From Octopus vulgaris (lineage: Eukaryota), in assembly GCA_951406725.2 (NCBI GenBank), contig OX597815.1:172856001-172920000 (forward strand): 64,000 bases of DNA, in the 5' to 3' direction. This document shows positions 40,255 through 52,657 of the stretch, piece by piece (positions within the stretch are counted from its first letter, which is position 1; the number at the start of each line of letters is the position of its first letter). The translations under genes and the position numbers were made by a program. The notes under the pieces were generated by a model, which was not told the origin of the DNA, made no database searches, and saw nothing but the letters and a program-made list of their open reading frames with translations.

Positions 40255-40480
40255 TAAACTATGTATTACCATATTTCTGTTGAAATACATTATCCTTGTT
40301 TCAATTAATTCTGAAAATAATGAAGAACTCAGTAAAATAACTTTGTCACATTAAGCTGGTGTTTGGAACATAAAAAAACTTTAAATTTTGATGGATGGTT
40401 TTAATGCAGATCATTTTAAATATGAAGTTTGCAACATAGAACTATGAATGGTCTTGGACCGTTTGGTATCAAAAGGGTTA
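40255..40480. mobile_element. Probable piggyBac-like MITE, second family
   Basis: Ends ggtatcaaaaGGG-TTAA; degraded counterpart TTAA-actatgtattacc at 40255. Confidence 0.45.
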
Positions 40481-40589
40481 ATATATTAGGTTCTTATAAG
40501 ACGTTTATTTTTGTGTTGACTAATGATAGTGAGTTTTTGACATTATTATCATTCTATCTCTGACTCTTACTTATTTTACATTCGATTCT

Positions 40590-40950
<361 letters not shown>

Positions 40951-40959
40951 TAAGCTATA

Positions 40960-41910
40960 GTTGTACGAGCTCCCATTCTGAAAATATAGCCGTACTTTTA
41001 TCAGTAAGATGACAGGTGTAGCTAACAAGCCAATCTAGTTCAAGCAAGAACGGAAAACAGGTGTTGAGTGAAAATAAATGAATTGTTGTTCTTTTTGCTT
41101 TGTTTTGGCTTTTTGAAGGGGTGAGGAGGTGGAAATCAATTTTTGATTAGGTAAGGAGCTAGTTTAGAAAATGAAAATGGCGTAGCATAGTTTAAAAAAT
41201 TAAGTCTGTTATTTCAACGATACTATTTTATCAACCCTAGACAAACAGGGGAAAAAACACGCTGCTGATCCAACAGGAGTTCAACTTAAATCAGTGGCAT
41301 ATAAGAACTGTTACAGTTCCATAATTGTAAAATGAAGTATCTTGTGACGTTTTACTGTCACATTCACCTTCCCACCTTTTCGTGAAATAATAGTTACGAT
41401 TGCGTGCGCGCATGTGTGTACCTACGATTACACTGATAGCATCGATACACGACAATTTTGATTTTGTTTTTAACATACAAGGCTTGTTTTATACGAGAAT
41501 ATATTGAGTGAATTAATCTCCAGATGTTTTATTAGTATTATTTTACTGATTCCAAATAGATGAATTACAAATCAGATTTCAGATTTAAATTCTAAACTGT
41601 GAGGCAGGGGAAAGTAAAGCTAAAAAAATCCGGTTTATACCCGTTTGCGCTAGATGAATTAGGAACAAGGGAAATAACTCGTAAAAAACTTATTAACACA
41701 ATCCGATAGAACATCGGAGTTAAGCTGTGTAGTATTTAGTTATTTCCCTTTGCATTTTGATTTGAAATCTAACTGAACATGTATTTCATTCTCTCAGAAT
41801 CAATAAAATAAATGTTATTTGTCAAGTACTTAAATCCACATATAGACCTGCAAATCAAAATCTTTGACCTCATGCCAAAGCTAATATTATTTGTTACTCT
41901 GTAGCGAAAG
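40960..41910. promoter_or_regulatory. CpG-retaining region with no recognised repeat; candidate promoter or first exon
   Basis: Roughly 20 CpGs against near absence in flanking unique DNA; YY1-like aaaatggcg (~41174), NRF1-like tgcgtgcgcgcatg (41401), tgacgt (41345), donor-like ag|gtaagg (~41150). Confidence 0.45.
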
Positions 41911-43939
41911 GACAGTAACATTCCTACTAGATTTGAATGAAGTTAATAGTAACTATTAACTGTTGAACATTAACAGCTGTCCTACAGAAGGAGCACTTCA
42001 TAAATTTTGTAATTTGGGAATTAGAAAGTGGGATACAGTAAAAGAGATGGTAGATGGAAGTAGAATAAAATTAGTAAGTTCAGAGGTTTAAATACTACTA
42101 TTATAGCATTAGTAGAGCATATTAGAATTATATTTGGTAGTGTTGGTGAATGAAAATAGATGCTGACAAGAAAGTATGTGCATGAAGTGGCCTCATTATC
42201 TCCAATTATTAGCATTAATATAGGGCAGGTATAGGCCACCTTTTTCAGGAAGTGGGCCACATGAGACATCAGGCAAGTCACACTACTAAAAAATGTTATT
42301 TTCTTCATTGTTATTTTCTACCATTCAGATGTTATTCAGATGCCATTCAAATGTTTTCTGCTATTCAGAATGTCCTGCAGGATACAGTTTGTCCATGACA
42401 GGTTTAGGGTATATATGGGATTTGTAAAAGCTTAGCAACTGTTTAGGAGTGAATTCTGTTTTGCTCTTAAGAAGCCTGACCTTTATCATGTAGTCTTGAT
42501 TGCATTGTGCAAGGCAACTTCGAAAGAAATTCAAAGATTATTAAATCTAAAATTTGAAACAAGTAGAATTGTTTCAGTTGATCATGAGAAGTGAAGACGA
42601 GGTATCATTAGTTTGCTTCAATAAGATATATAACTGCTAAATATTAGTGCTACTAAAGGGAATTTTTTCCAAGTCTCTACTATATGATGCTCTAGAAGTC
42701 CCCTGTTTTGGAAATGCATGGAGGTCAACCAGATGTCGTTAAGTCACACATGGATGAAAACTTAGGTGCATGAAATTGAAAAGTCACATAGTCACAGAGG
42801 TGAGTGATAAGTGTGCTCAGTACCATTACCAATACTCTAACCTAGAGTAGTAGCACTTATTAGTATCCTAACTACGTGTCTAAACATATGAACCACTGGG
42901 AGTGAAGGACCCCTAGTTCTCTTTAGAACAGCTATCTAGAAGGTAAGAAAAACCTGAAGCACTAAATTACCCTTCATAAAACCCACACAAACAGTTAAAA
43001 TGTGTGATTGCTCTAATTGTGGGGCTTGCATCAACTTCATTGAAAACAAAACATAAAACATATAAATTGGCAAATTTTTACCATAAAAATTCATTTTAGT
43101 TGTTCATCAAGAAATTTAATATATGCCATTAAATGTAAAGGATGTAACGAAGAATAGATAGGTAAAAAAATTTAATCTCAGAAATAGACTGATTATAGAT
43201 CAAAAAGTACAAGACCCCAGTACTAGACAGATCCCACTGAGTGGGCAGATAGATATATGTACAAACAAAAAATAAGTCCTAGTGAACATCTGTGTGGAAG
43301 TATATGTGCGTGTGTGTACTTTTTTAAGTAACAATCCAGAAAAGTACTCAATATCAATACAGATTGATTTAATCAAGTAAATCCAGAATAACAGAGCATT
43401 AGACTGACCGAGATAAACTCGTGTGTGTGTGCGCATGTCTTTGCGTGTGTGATATTTGTTCTACTGAATGGTACAGAAAATCCATGTCCTTAAAACACAG
43501 CAAACCAGTGAATGAACTATTAGGAATCAGTAACCAATAGTTCACCAAATGCAATATGAAAGGGTTCCAGCAATATGAGTTACAAAGAAGTCAGTGAGGA
43601 AGAAGCTAATATCAAGTAATTTAGCCATCTTAAACTTTGTAATGTTTAACCGGGAAATTAAATGTCATGCTAGACTAAAGAAATTATGACAAATAGAACA
43701 ATGTCTTGGCATTCATTAGATTTCTCTAAATCAAAAGCTTACTTGTGGTGTCACAACAGATTTAGCACTTTAGAATCTGCCAAGGTAATTTTTGCAAAAA
43801 AATAAAAGCGATTTAATATATAGTAAAAAGTTGCCTCAGACACTTTAAGATGAGAGTAAATAGCAATAATTTGGGATATTATAAAGGTTAACATGTTAGA
43901 GGGACAAGACAAACATATATGTTTTTGTAAAAGAAAGTT

Positions 43940-44330
43940 GATGCATAGCTATGTGGTAAGAAGCTTGCTTCACAACCACATGGTTTCGGGTTCAGTCCTA
44001 CTGCATAGCACCTTTGGCAAGTGTCTTCTACTATGGCTTCGGACTGACCAAAGCCTTGTGAGTGGATTTGATAGATGGAAACTGAATGAAGCCTATTGTG
44101 TATGTGTGTGTGTGGGGGGGGGGTGTATGTGTTTGTCCCTCACCACCGCTTAATATCTGGTGTTGGTGTTTACATCCGCATAAGCCAGGAGTTCAGTAAA
44201 AGAAATCAATAGAATAAGTACCATGCTTTAAAAAAAAGTACTGAGGTGGATTCATTTGACTAAAAGTTCTTCAAGATAGTGCCCCAGCATGGCTGCAGTC
44301 TAATGACTGAAATAAGTAAAAGATAAAAGA
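43940..44330 (+). mobile_element. SINE family B, full-length form with a non-RTE tail
   Basis: Matches 38497-38898. Confidence 0.88.
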
Positions 44331-44989
44331 ATTATAATAGAATTTCATTGGGACTGTGTACTAATATCCACATAGATTACCCCCACCACCTTTAGTAACT
44401 GTAGATATAGATGTTTAAGGATTTAATGCAACTTATGACAAAATAAGCAATAAATGTGTTAGATTAAACACTGATCTGAGAGCTGAATTCAGAAATATTA
44501 AGTAAAATGATTCACCAGAATTAGTGGAGATGAATTTATCACAAATATTGTTACATAACTTAAGTAGAGAACTGTTCCATGTGTTGAAGACTGTTCTTTT
44601 TTGTCAACTGTAATGAATATCATGTCATCAACCAATTGTGAAGATAGTTTATGAGTTCTAAAAGTAACTGATATATAGAACAAACCAAGAAGAATTCAGA
44701 CTACAAAGAATTAGATTTGAAATGTATTTTCTGACATGTTAATTCAGTACAGGAGATGAAACAGTGATAACAGAGATTATAATAAACATTGCTTGGGAAG
44801 TAAGTGGGTTTGAATAGGGATGAGAGTAAAGAAATAGAGCTGATACAGGTTATTTAGAATATTAAACAGTTCAGTTTTTACACCAGTTAGATTGATGTGG
44901 ATAATGCTGGAAATTAAGGAATAGTTTAGAAATGGATAAAAGTAGACTTTTGTATGAATTCATAAGAATATAGTAAGTATAATTATAAA

Positions 44990-45220
44990 TATGCCCTTTT
45001 AAAGCCTAGCCAGGCTCATGGGCCCGATTTCCCAGTTTCTGTGGCGTGTGTGTTCCCCAGCTGGACGGGACGCCAGTCCATCGCAGCGTTACTCATTTTT
45101 GCCAGCTGAGTGGACTGGAGCAACGTGAAATGAAGTGTTTTGCTCAAGAACACAACATGTTGCCCAGTCCAGGAATCGAAACCACAATCTTATGATCACT
45201 AAGCCATGTGCCTCCACATA
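44990..45220 (-). mobile_element. tRNA-derived SINE, family C
   Basis: Minus strand ggttTCGAttcctgg B-box and tgtgttcttgagcaaaacactt core. Confidence 0.85.
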
Positions 45221-46044
45221 GTATGTATACTTGCTCTTTTGATGAAGCTTTGCACATAAATCTGTGTTTCTAAGTTTTATTATTGAATACAACAAACAGT
45301 AGTTTAACTATTTTAAATTCAACAACTGATTTAATAAATGTTTGAGTAACTAATTTTGGTTTTTAATTCTACATTTCTTCTTACTAATGTGAGTTGAATG
45401 TTTCTGCTTCTGAATCCAAATGTATGAAGTTTTAAAGCTTGTTGTCCATCTGATGCTAGCTACTCAAGTAAGCTGTATGAGTACCTATATTTTCCTATTT
45501 AAACTAAACACAATCTGATTCACTAAGAGAAAAGTCAAATGTCTTCAATTAGAAAAATATTTGAAATACTCCAACACCTTATTCATAATGCTAAAGCAAC
45601 TCTTGTAATTTATTTATTCCAAATTTTCATGGGCTTTTCATAACAAGAATAAAAGTACAAACTCATATTGAAAGAAAACTTCAGTATAATGTCAATGACA
45701 TCAAAAGCCACTTTTGAATTTTAAAAAATTGAAAAAATTAATTTCAAAAGTGTCAATATAGGACACAATTTAATCTGATCTATAACAAGTCAGATGAAAT
45801 TTAAGTGAAATTAATGCTGTTTAAATGTCACTAAAAATAACTATTGAAATGGAAGAAAACAAGAGTAAGTTGAAGAAATGTCAAAGACATCTTTAAGTGA
45901 TTATTACATGTATCAAAGAATTATCATGAGGCTACATAAATGATTTGAGAGTATGTCATTTGGTTAACCTCGTCCTCATAAGTTTTACATCTATTTTTAA
46001 TATGGTTTTAAATAGATTATTTAACAGCTAATTCATATATCCAT

Positions 46045-46580
46045 TATTATCATTTTAACAGTCAGTTTTCCATGCTTACATGGGTCAGATGGAATTTGTT
46101 GGGGTAGATTTTCAATGGACAGATGCCCTTACTGTCATCAACCTTCACCTGTTTCCAAGTAAGGTAATATATTCCTCGTGACCAGACATGTTTTCATGGA
46201 AGCTTGGAAATGAACAACACCACTCACATTTACAACTATCACACAAAGTCAAGGCAAGGAGACAGTAACACACATACATCCACATATGGTGAAAGTCAAT
46301 TCATGACCAAGAAAAACCACTTCCTAAACCTTGTGCAAATGTTCTGAGAGCCAAGAAGTTCCTGTTTGTAAATGGGTTTGTTTTGAATGGATAAAGTGTT
46401 GCAGAGCACACACACACACAAGGGGCTTCTTTTTAGTTTCCATCTACCAAATCCATTCCCAAGGCTTTAGCTGGCCCAGAGCTACAGTAGAAGACACTTG
46501 TCCAAGGTGCCATGCAGTGGGATTCAACCCAAAACTATATGGTTGCAAAGCAAACTTCCCACCACACAGTCAAACCTGCA
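46045..46580 (-). mobile_element. SINE family B with RTE-type tail, interrupted at ~46280-46405
   Basis: Head at 46420-46580 and tail at 46045-46270 match 22228-22762 in reverse. Confidence 0.8.
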
Positions 46581-46904
46581 CCTTACTGATATATATTCTA
46601 AAACCAACATATGTAAGTACATATATACATATGTACAAATACATGCAGATGCAAATATCAAAATATGAAATATCTAAAGTTATTATCCAACTACATTTAA
46701 ACTAATGAATTAGGTGCAAAACTAAAAATTACTCTATTTTTAATAGCCTTATTTTGACAAGGCTTAAGATCATGTTTTGTAGGGGAGCAGGTATAGTCAA
46801 CTAACTCAGCCTTTGTAGTTATTTGATCAAACTTGAACAATAAAGAATAAAAGATATTATTGACCGAAGGATAATTCAAACAGAGAACACAATAAAATAA
46901 GATT

Positions 46905-47125
46905 AAATGTTGGTTTCAAATTTTTGCACAGGATCAGTAATTTTGAGGGAAGAGTTAAGTCAATTCCATTGACCCCAGTGCTCAATTGGTACTTATTTTA
47001 TTTACTCCGAAGGGATGAAAAGCAAAGTTGACCTCAATGGAATTTGAACTCAGAACATAAAAACAGATGAAATGCTGCAAAGTATTTTGTCTGGTGTGCT
47101 AACAAATCTGCCAGCTCACCACCTT
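46905..47125 (-). mobile_element. SINE family A
   Basis: Matches 7410-7620; flanked by the direct repeat taaaataagattaaat (probable target-site duplication). Confidence 0.88.
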
Positions 47126-47509
47126 AAAATAAGATTAAATATTGTAAAAGTATCTGATGCTCTACTATATCTGCAAGTACTGCTACCCTTCAAGTATTTA
47201 AAGAGATAATTTCAGATAAGTACATTTAAATCTAAAAGGTTTATTCATTTAGTGGCTTCAGTCTTTTTAGGAGAGCAGCTATGCTGGGGCTCCACATTCA
47301 AGGGCTTGGTACTTTGTCTACCCTATGAGTTCAAATCCTGCCAAGATCAACTTTACCTTCCATCCTTTCGGGAGTCGATAAAACTATAGCAATATAGTTT
47401 TGATAAAACTGTAACAATAAACGGCCATGGATGGATTGGCAGAACTGTCAAATTGTTGGACAGGATGTCTTATGGTACCTGTTCTGGCTCTTTGCATTCT
47501 GGTGGCAAT

Positions 47510-48070
47510 ATTGACCTAGAGAGGACTTTGAGAGGGTTCCACAATCTATAGTCTAGTCTGGTAGTCACTAAGAAAACTATATGTAGATGAATAGTTTTTG
47601 GGAACCATGCAAACTATGTACAGAGCTGCTATCAATAAGATGAGAGTTAATGAGTTTAGTGAGAAATTTAGCATTCAGGTAGGTGTTCTCCAGGACTCAG
47701 TTTTCAATCTCCAACTATTTATCAAAGTTCTCTAGATCATAACAGTGGAGTTTAAAACAGGTTGTCCAATAGAACTCCTGTATGCTGATAATCTAGTTCA
47801 TATAGCTAAATCTGATAAAGATTTAGAGAAGAAATTCCATATGTGAAAATAAAGCTTAGAATCATGAGATCTTTAAGTAAACTGAACAAAAAACAAAACA
47901 ATTACCACTCTACCACAAAGAGGTGGCCGTGCTCAATATGCAGAAGAGAAGTAGGTAGGAATTCTGTACTGTATCAATTGTGAACTAAAAGTGCTCAAGA
48001 GATGCAGTGAGAGAACAGATAGACTGACAGAGAAGGATTTCATAAGTGGTAGATGCACAAGAATAGTTAG
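47510..48070 (+). mobile_element. Degraded RTE RT and PHD-finger fragment, family of 58352-62053
   Basis: EFKTGCPIELLYADNL and RWPCSICRREVGRNS. Confidence 0.85.
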
Positions 48071-48411
48071 TAGTGAGAAAACCCATGAAATATATGATGA
48101 TAGCTAATGATGACAGTTTCCTAGGTTTATTGCTTTATAGAAAATTCTTGGTTTATATTTGTTTCAGTATTGCAGGCCTTAGATTAATAACATATGTATA
48201 GATGAAACTTTTTGCTATTTTCTTGACATTTAAAGTTTAAGAGGATCAGGTTAATACTTTTATAATTTATTCCAGCTTCAAAAGAAGGAGAAAAATATAA
48301 ATTATACACACACACATACATATATATATATCATCATCATCATCGTTTAACGTCCGTTTTCTGTGCTAGCATGGGTTGGACGGGGAAGCACAGGTTGGAC
48401 GGAAGCACGGG

Positions 48412-48444
<33 letters not shown>

Positions 48445-48509
48445 CGTGTATGTATGTATCTTGTGAATGGATATGGTAGATAGAAACTGAAAGTAGACTG
48501 TCATGTGTG

Positions 48510-49560
48510 TGTTAGTTAGTTAGTTAGTTAGTTAATTTGGCTCAAAAGCAAATAGCAAGGCCATGTAGGGGGACATGGAGTTAAGTACAGGGTGGTGTTC
48601 ATGTAAAGAGTTCAGGCCACTTGAGGTCCAGGGAGGCTTTGAACAAAGCGGTCGTCGGCATCTTCACCATCTCATCTGGCAGCTTGTTCCACGGATCCGC
48701 AACCCGGACGGAGAAAGCTCCTCTCCTTCGATTGAGATGAAATCGTCGCAGGTAGAGCTTTTCGGAATGACCCCGCAGCCGACGTTCTGGAGCAGGAGTG
48801 AAGAACAGCTCTTTCGAGAGGTTACACTTTCCGCTTATAATGTTGTGGGCGAGAATGAGATCACCACGGCAGCGGCGTTTTTCAAGAGAATAAAGGTCGA
48901 GCGTCCTCAGCCTTTCTTCGCAGGACAAATTTTTGAGACCATGAACCATGCGGGTAGCCAGCCTCTGGACTCTTTCGAGATGCTGTATGTCTTTGAGGAG
49001 ATAAGGAGAAGAGGCCTGAATCCCATACTCCAATATGGGTCTCACCAGCGTGACATAGAGTGGTAGGAATATGGCTGCTGTGAGCATTCCGAATGACCGT
49101 CGAATCAAGAACAGAATTCCGCGTGCTTTATTGGCAGCATGGACGCACTGGGCCGAAGGCGAAAAGGAGGAATCCACCAAGATACCCAGGTCCTTTACCT
49201 GATCGGTCCTCTCCAGCAGCAGACGACCCGGCTCGAAATCAAGTTGAGTTGCAGGAGTAGAGCCGACAGGCAGATGACAGCACTTTGACACGTTCAGACA
49301 CAGGTCCCAATCGTTAGACCACTTCCAAATTTGGTGGAGGCATCGACGAAGATCCTCTATATTACCGCGAGGAGCAACCAGTTTGATATCGTCGGCAAAT
49401 AGAAGGGTGTGTTGCGTGAGGTCGTCAGGCAAGTCATTTATGAAGACTAAGAACAACAAGGGCCCAAGCACTGACCTTGAGGCACGCCACTGCTCGCACT
49501 GGAGACGTCGGACCGCGAACCATTAACTTGGACTTGGAAGGAGCGATCTGAGAGGAAGGC
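48510..49560 (-). mobile_element. Young 5'-truncated CR1-like LINE with a (TAAC)n tail
   Basis: RT C-terminal ORF; CpG-rich; (gtta)n at 48510-48534; inserted in a TG-rich tract. Confidence 0.93.
48599..49471 (-). pseudogene. CR1-type reverse transcriptase, C-terminal part
   Basis: GVPQG/(frameshift)SVLGPLLFLVFINDL, LFADD, KDLGI, LYVTLVRPILEY, LERVQRLATR, WNKLP. Confidence 0.93.
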
Positions 49561-50179
49561 ATGATCTGTGTGTGTGTGTCATTATCAGGGGTGCTAGCTT
49601 ACTCGCAAATGTTAAAATTCTCAATTACAGGTTAACTTGAGTAGAACCGTCTTTACAACAACATTAACACAAAATTAGGTATTACTTCTCTTTATGCCAG
49701 AGTTGCCTGCCACACAATCAAACATGGGAAAATAGCATACACATCAAGCTAGAAAAGTGTATCTTATACAACATCAATACAGGTTTCAATATTACTGTTA
49801 AACTGCGGATTAGTTCACATAAGAATTAAGTGAAGTCACTTAACAATAGCAATTTTACAGAATTCAGAATCTAAGCTACAGCAAATATTTTGAGCTGCTA
49901 TATCTTTCTTCCATTCTTATATAGGGAGATCAAAATAAGATTTATGGAGACAAAGTTAAAAATAGAAGGGAAAATAAAATTGAGGTCACCATAGGAGCTT
50001 ATATGCATAGTTGTTTGATTAAAATTCTAAATACAAATCCTATTAATTTAAAAAATAGAATACTATTTGTTCGTTCGTTTTCTTATTATTCAAGAGAACT
50101 ATTTTAGATATTTACAAACAATAAAGAATGCATTTAAAAAGTCCATGCATTCATAGGTATAAATTTATATTAAGGTACA

Positions 50180-50420
50180 CATGCAGGTAAGACTGTGTGA
50201 TTTAGAATTTCACTCCCCAACTGTGGTCAGTGTCATGCAAGCAGTATCCTTAATTTCCAGTTTTCTGCAAAAACATATCTAGCCATAGGGAAGTATTGTC
50301 TTACTTGAAAACAGGTGACAGTTGGCAACAAAAGGATATTCAACTATAAAAAATCTGCCTCAACAAATTTCATCTGACCCATGCAAGCATGGAAAAGTAG
50401 ACATTAAAAAGATGATGACA
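50180..50420 (+). mobile_element. SINE family B with RTE-type tail, internally deleted
   Basis: Head start fused to the body/tail seen at 23550-23718. Confidence 0.7.
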
Positions 50421-50564
50421 TCACTGTTATACCAGTGAGCATAATGGTGATGTCATGTTTACATTCTCAGTAAACATTATGTTCTGTAGCTCTGTGAATT
50501 TGAAGACCAATTGAATAAGAAAATTTCTTGCTAGAGAATGGGTAAGGTTTGGTAACAGGTTTTA

Positions 50565-50700
50565 AATAATAATAATAATAATAATTGTGTACAGTGCTCA
50601 GGTGCACTACAACTCATCTAAAGTGTATATATAATCAGGTGTAGTTTCGACGGATTTCGGGAAGCATGAGGGCCTTAAAGGATGCAGTGTCATGGCAGTT
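50565..50700 (-). mobile_element. CR1-like 3' tip, family of 39398-40105
   Basis: (aat)n-tgt.tacagtgctcaggtgcac..atcaggtgtagt..aaggatgcagtg is shared. Confidence 0.85.
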
Positions 50701-50907
50701 TTTACTTTCTTGGTTCAGTTGAAAGGAGAAGGTTTAAAATAATATTATGATTGTATTCTGGCTGAAAATAGGAGAGGGAATCTTGTAAAATATGTTTTTC
50801 AATAAATTATACAACTAATGCCAGCATGTAAAATACAAAACAAGTAAAATCAGAAAGCAAAAGAGAAAAAAAATATTTCTTAAGAAATCTGATATTGTAT
50901 GAATAAC

Positions 50908-51064
50908 TTTTATCTTTTATATGTTTCATTCATTGGACTGTGGCCATGCTGGCACACCACCTTAAGGATTTAGTGGAATAAATTGACCCCAGTACTTAGT
51001 TTTGTAAATCTAATACTCATTCTGCCAGTCTTCTTTGCTGCACCGCTAAGTTATAGGGATGTAC

Positions 51065-51065
<1 letters not shown>
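50908..51065 (-). mobile_element. SINE family B non-RTE tail
   Basis: Matches 40590-40750. Confidence 0.75.
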
Positions 51066-51093
<28 letters not shown>

Positions 51094-51101
<8 letters not shown>

Positions 51102-52240
51102 GTAATAAAGTTAATGTCTGGTCATAGAGTAACCCAGGCCTAGTGACCACAGTAATAGCAACAACGACAGTACTAGCAGTAACCACAGCAGCAATGGATC
51201 ATCCAACAACATTGACGGCAGTGACAGTGGCAGAAACACTGATGCCAACGACCCCAGTACCAACACTATGGCCGGAGAAGATAACTATGCTTACACCAGC
51301 AGCACCAGAGAAGCTACCGGCCCCACACTGAACATTACCAATGACGGCACCAACATCATAACCAACAACAATAGTACCAATCTTATGACCAGGGATGACC
51401 ACCACAACAATGACAACCACAGCGGCATTGCCGGACCTGCACATTACAATGATAACAGCACTGACAAGCAGCCCCAACAACACTGGTGACAGCAATATCC
51501 CCAGGCCTGGAGCCAACCAAAGATGCACCAGTAATGTGAACTCGACAAACACCTAAGCCTGGAAATATATCAGATAAGCCAGGACAGCATTCAAGCAATG
51601 TCTGTACAACCACAGGTCTTCCTTCAGGGTCCCAGAGACAATTTGTCACATCCCTGGCCAGCCATGTGTGGCACCTCAAAGATGAAGGGACTCCATATGA
51701 TATCAAGTGGAAGATTTAGAACAGCCGGAACCTTACATCAGTGGGAGTGTATGCTGCAAGCTCTGCATAGCTGAACGAACTAGGATACTCAAAGACTTCC
51801 TGAAACCTGAGTCACTGAATACTCACCAAGAAATCTTCACACCATGCATCCATTTAAAACACTACCTGCAGCAAGCATGGGATTCCCCATTCAGTGACTA
51901 AGTCCGAATGAGTCCTTACAATCCAATAGCAGCCCAAGGGATAGATCCCTTATTCCCATCTCCCGGTCCACAAATAGCTGATCTAGGGGAGATAACCCAT
52001 CTTCACTAATGCCAGACTATTTATTCTTTGATAATCAAATGACCAATGACCATAACAGATTTCTACCTTCCAGAGATGAAAAGCTAAATATCTTTGGACT
52101 AGAGTCTGATGAGTCATCCACAAACCTACAGCTTTCGTGGATGCGAAATCATTGGTGACTCTATAACCAGACATTAACTTTATTATTTTAATATTTTACT
52201 GCTCTATACTTTAGAGTGTGCTTCTTTTCCAGATTTGTTA
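51094..52240 (+). mobile_element. Penelope-like element: inverted 5' terminal copy, low-complexity region, GIY-YIG endonuclease remnant and hammerhead-bearing 3' end
   Basis: KYIR*ARTAFKQCLYNHRSSFR..TSLASHVWHLKD..YDIKWKI..PYISGSVCCKLCIAER..LNTHQEIFTPCIH (~51567-51880); 41-bp inverted repeat 51094-51134 versus 52154-52194; preceded by (TA)n. Confidence 0.88.
52095..52169 (+). ncRNA. Type I hammerhead ribozyme; this copy probably inactive
   Basis: Stem I tagagt (52100-52105)/actcta (52158-52163); CTGATGA 52106-52112; stem II gtcatccac/gtggatgc; GAAA 52145-52148; short stem III; cleavage-site base is G here but T in the inverted copy. Confidence 0.8.
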
Positions 52241-52329
52241 TACATTGAATGCATGTGTGCATGCGTGTGTGTGTGTGTGTGTGCATGTATACTTGTGTGT
52301 GTGTGTGTGTGTGTGTGTGCGTACATACA

Positions 52330-52430
52330 ATGGACTCCCACAAAGTTTCTGTCTACTAAATTCATTCACAAGGCACTGGTCAGCCTGAGGTTAAAGCAAA
52401 CTTCATTGCCACATGGGATTTGAACATGCC
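52330..52430 (-). mobile_element. SINE family B head, degraded
   Basis: tttctgtctactaaattcattcacaaggcactggtcagcctgagg. Confidence 0.7.
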
Positions 52431-52487
52431 TTTGATCTTTCTGAAATAGATAAAATACCAGTTGTACAAGGATCATTTATAATTGAA

Positions 52488-52657
52488 CAGGCATGGGCAG
52501 CCTTTTTTAAAAAGTTGGCTGTATAAGACGTGACTCATCATCAGGCTAGTTGCACTTCAAAAAAATAATAAATTGAAGGTAATTTTTCATTAGCTGTGCC
52601 ATTCAACAAATCAAGCAGGCCACATGTGGCCTGTAGGATGCAGTTCATTCATGACTG
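52488..52657. mobile_element. hAT (Charlie-like) MITE; partial copy at ~42224-42285
   Basis: Termini caggcatgggca / ttcatgactg, subterminal gcaggccacatgtggcctg, right flank ctctagaa fitting the NTCTAGAN target. Confidence 0.55.

Noticed and set aside
48575-49066. 163-aa plus-strand ORF
   Set aside because: Antisense to the CR1 RT ORF; the minus-strand ORFs within 58579-61087 are likewise antisense to the RTE
51143-51706. Thr-rich mucin-like and hydrophobic membrane-like ORFs
   Set aside because: They arise from the A/C-rich low-complexity part of the Penelope-like element and its antisense strand
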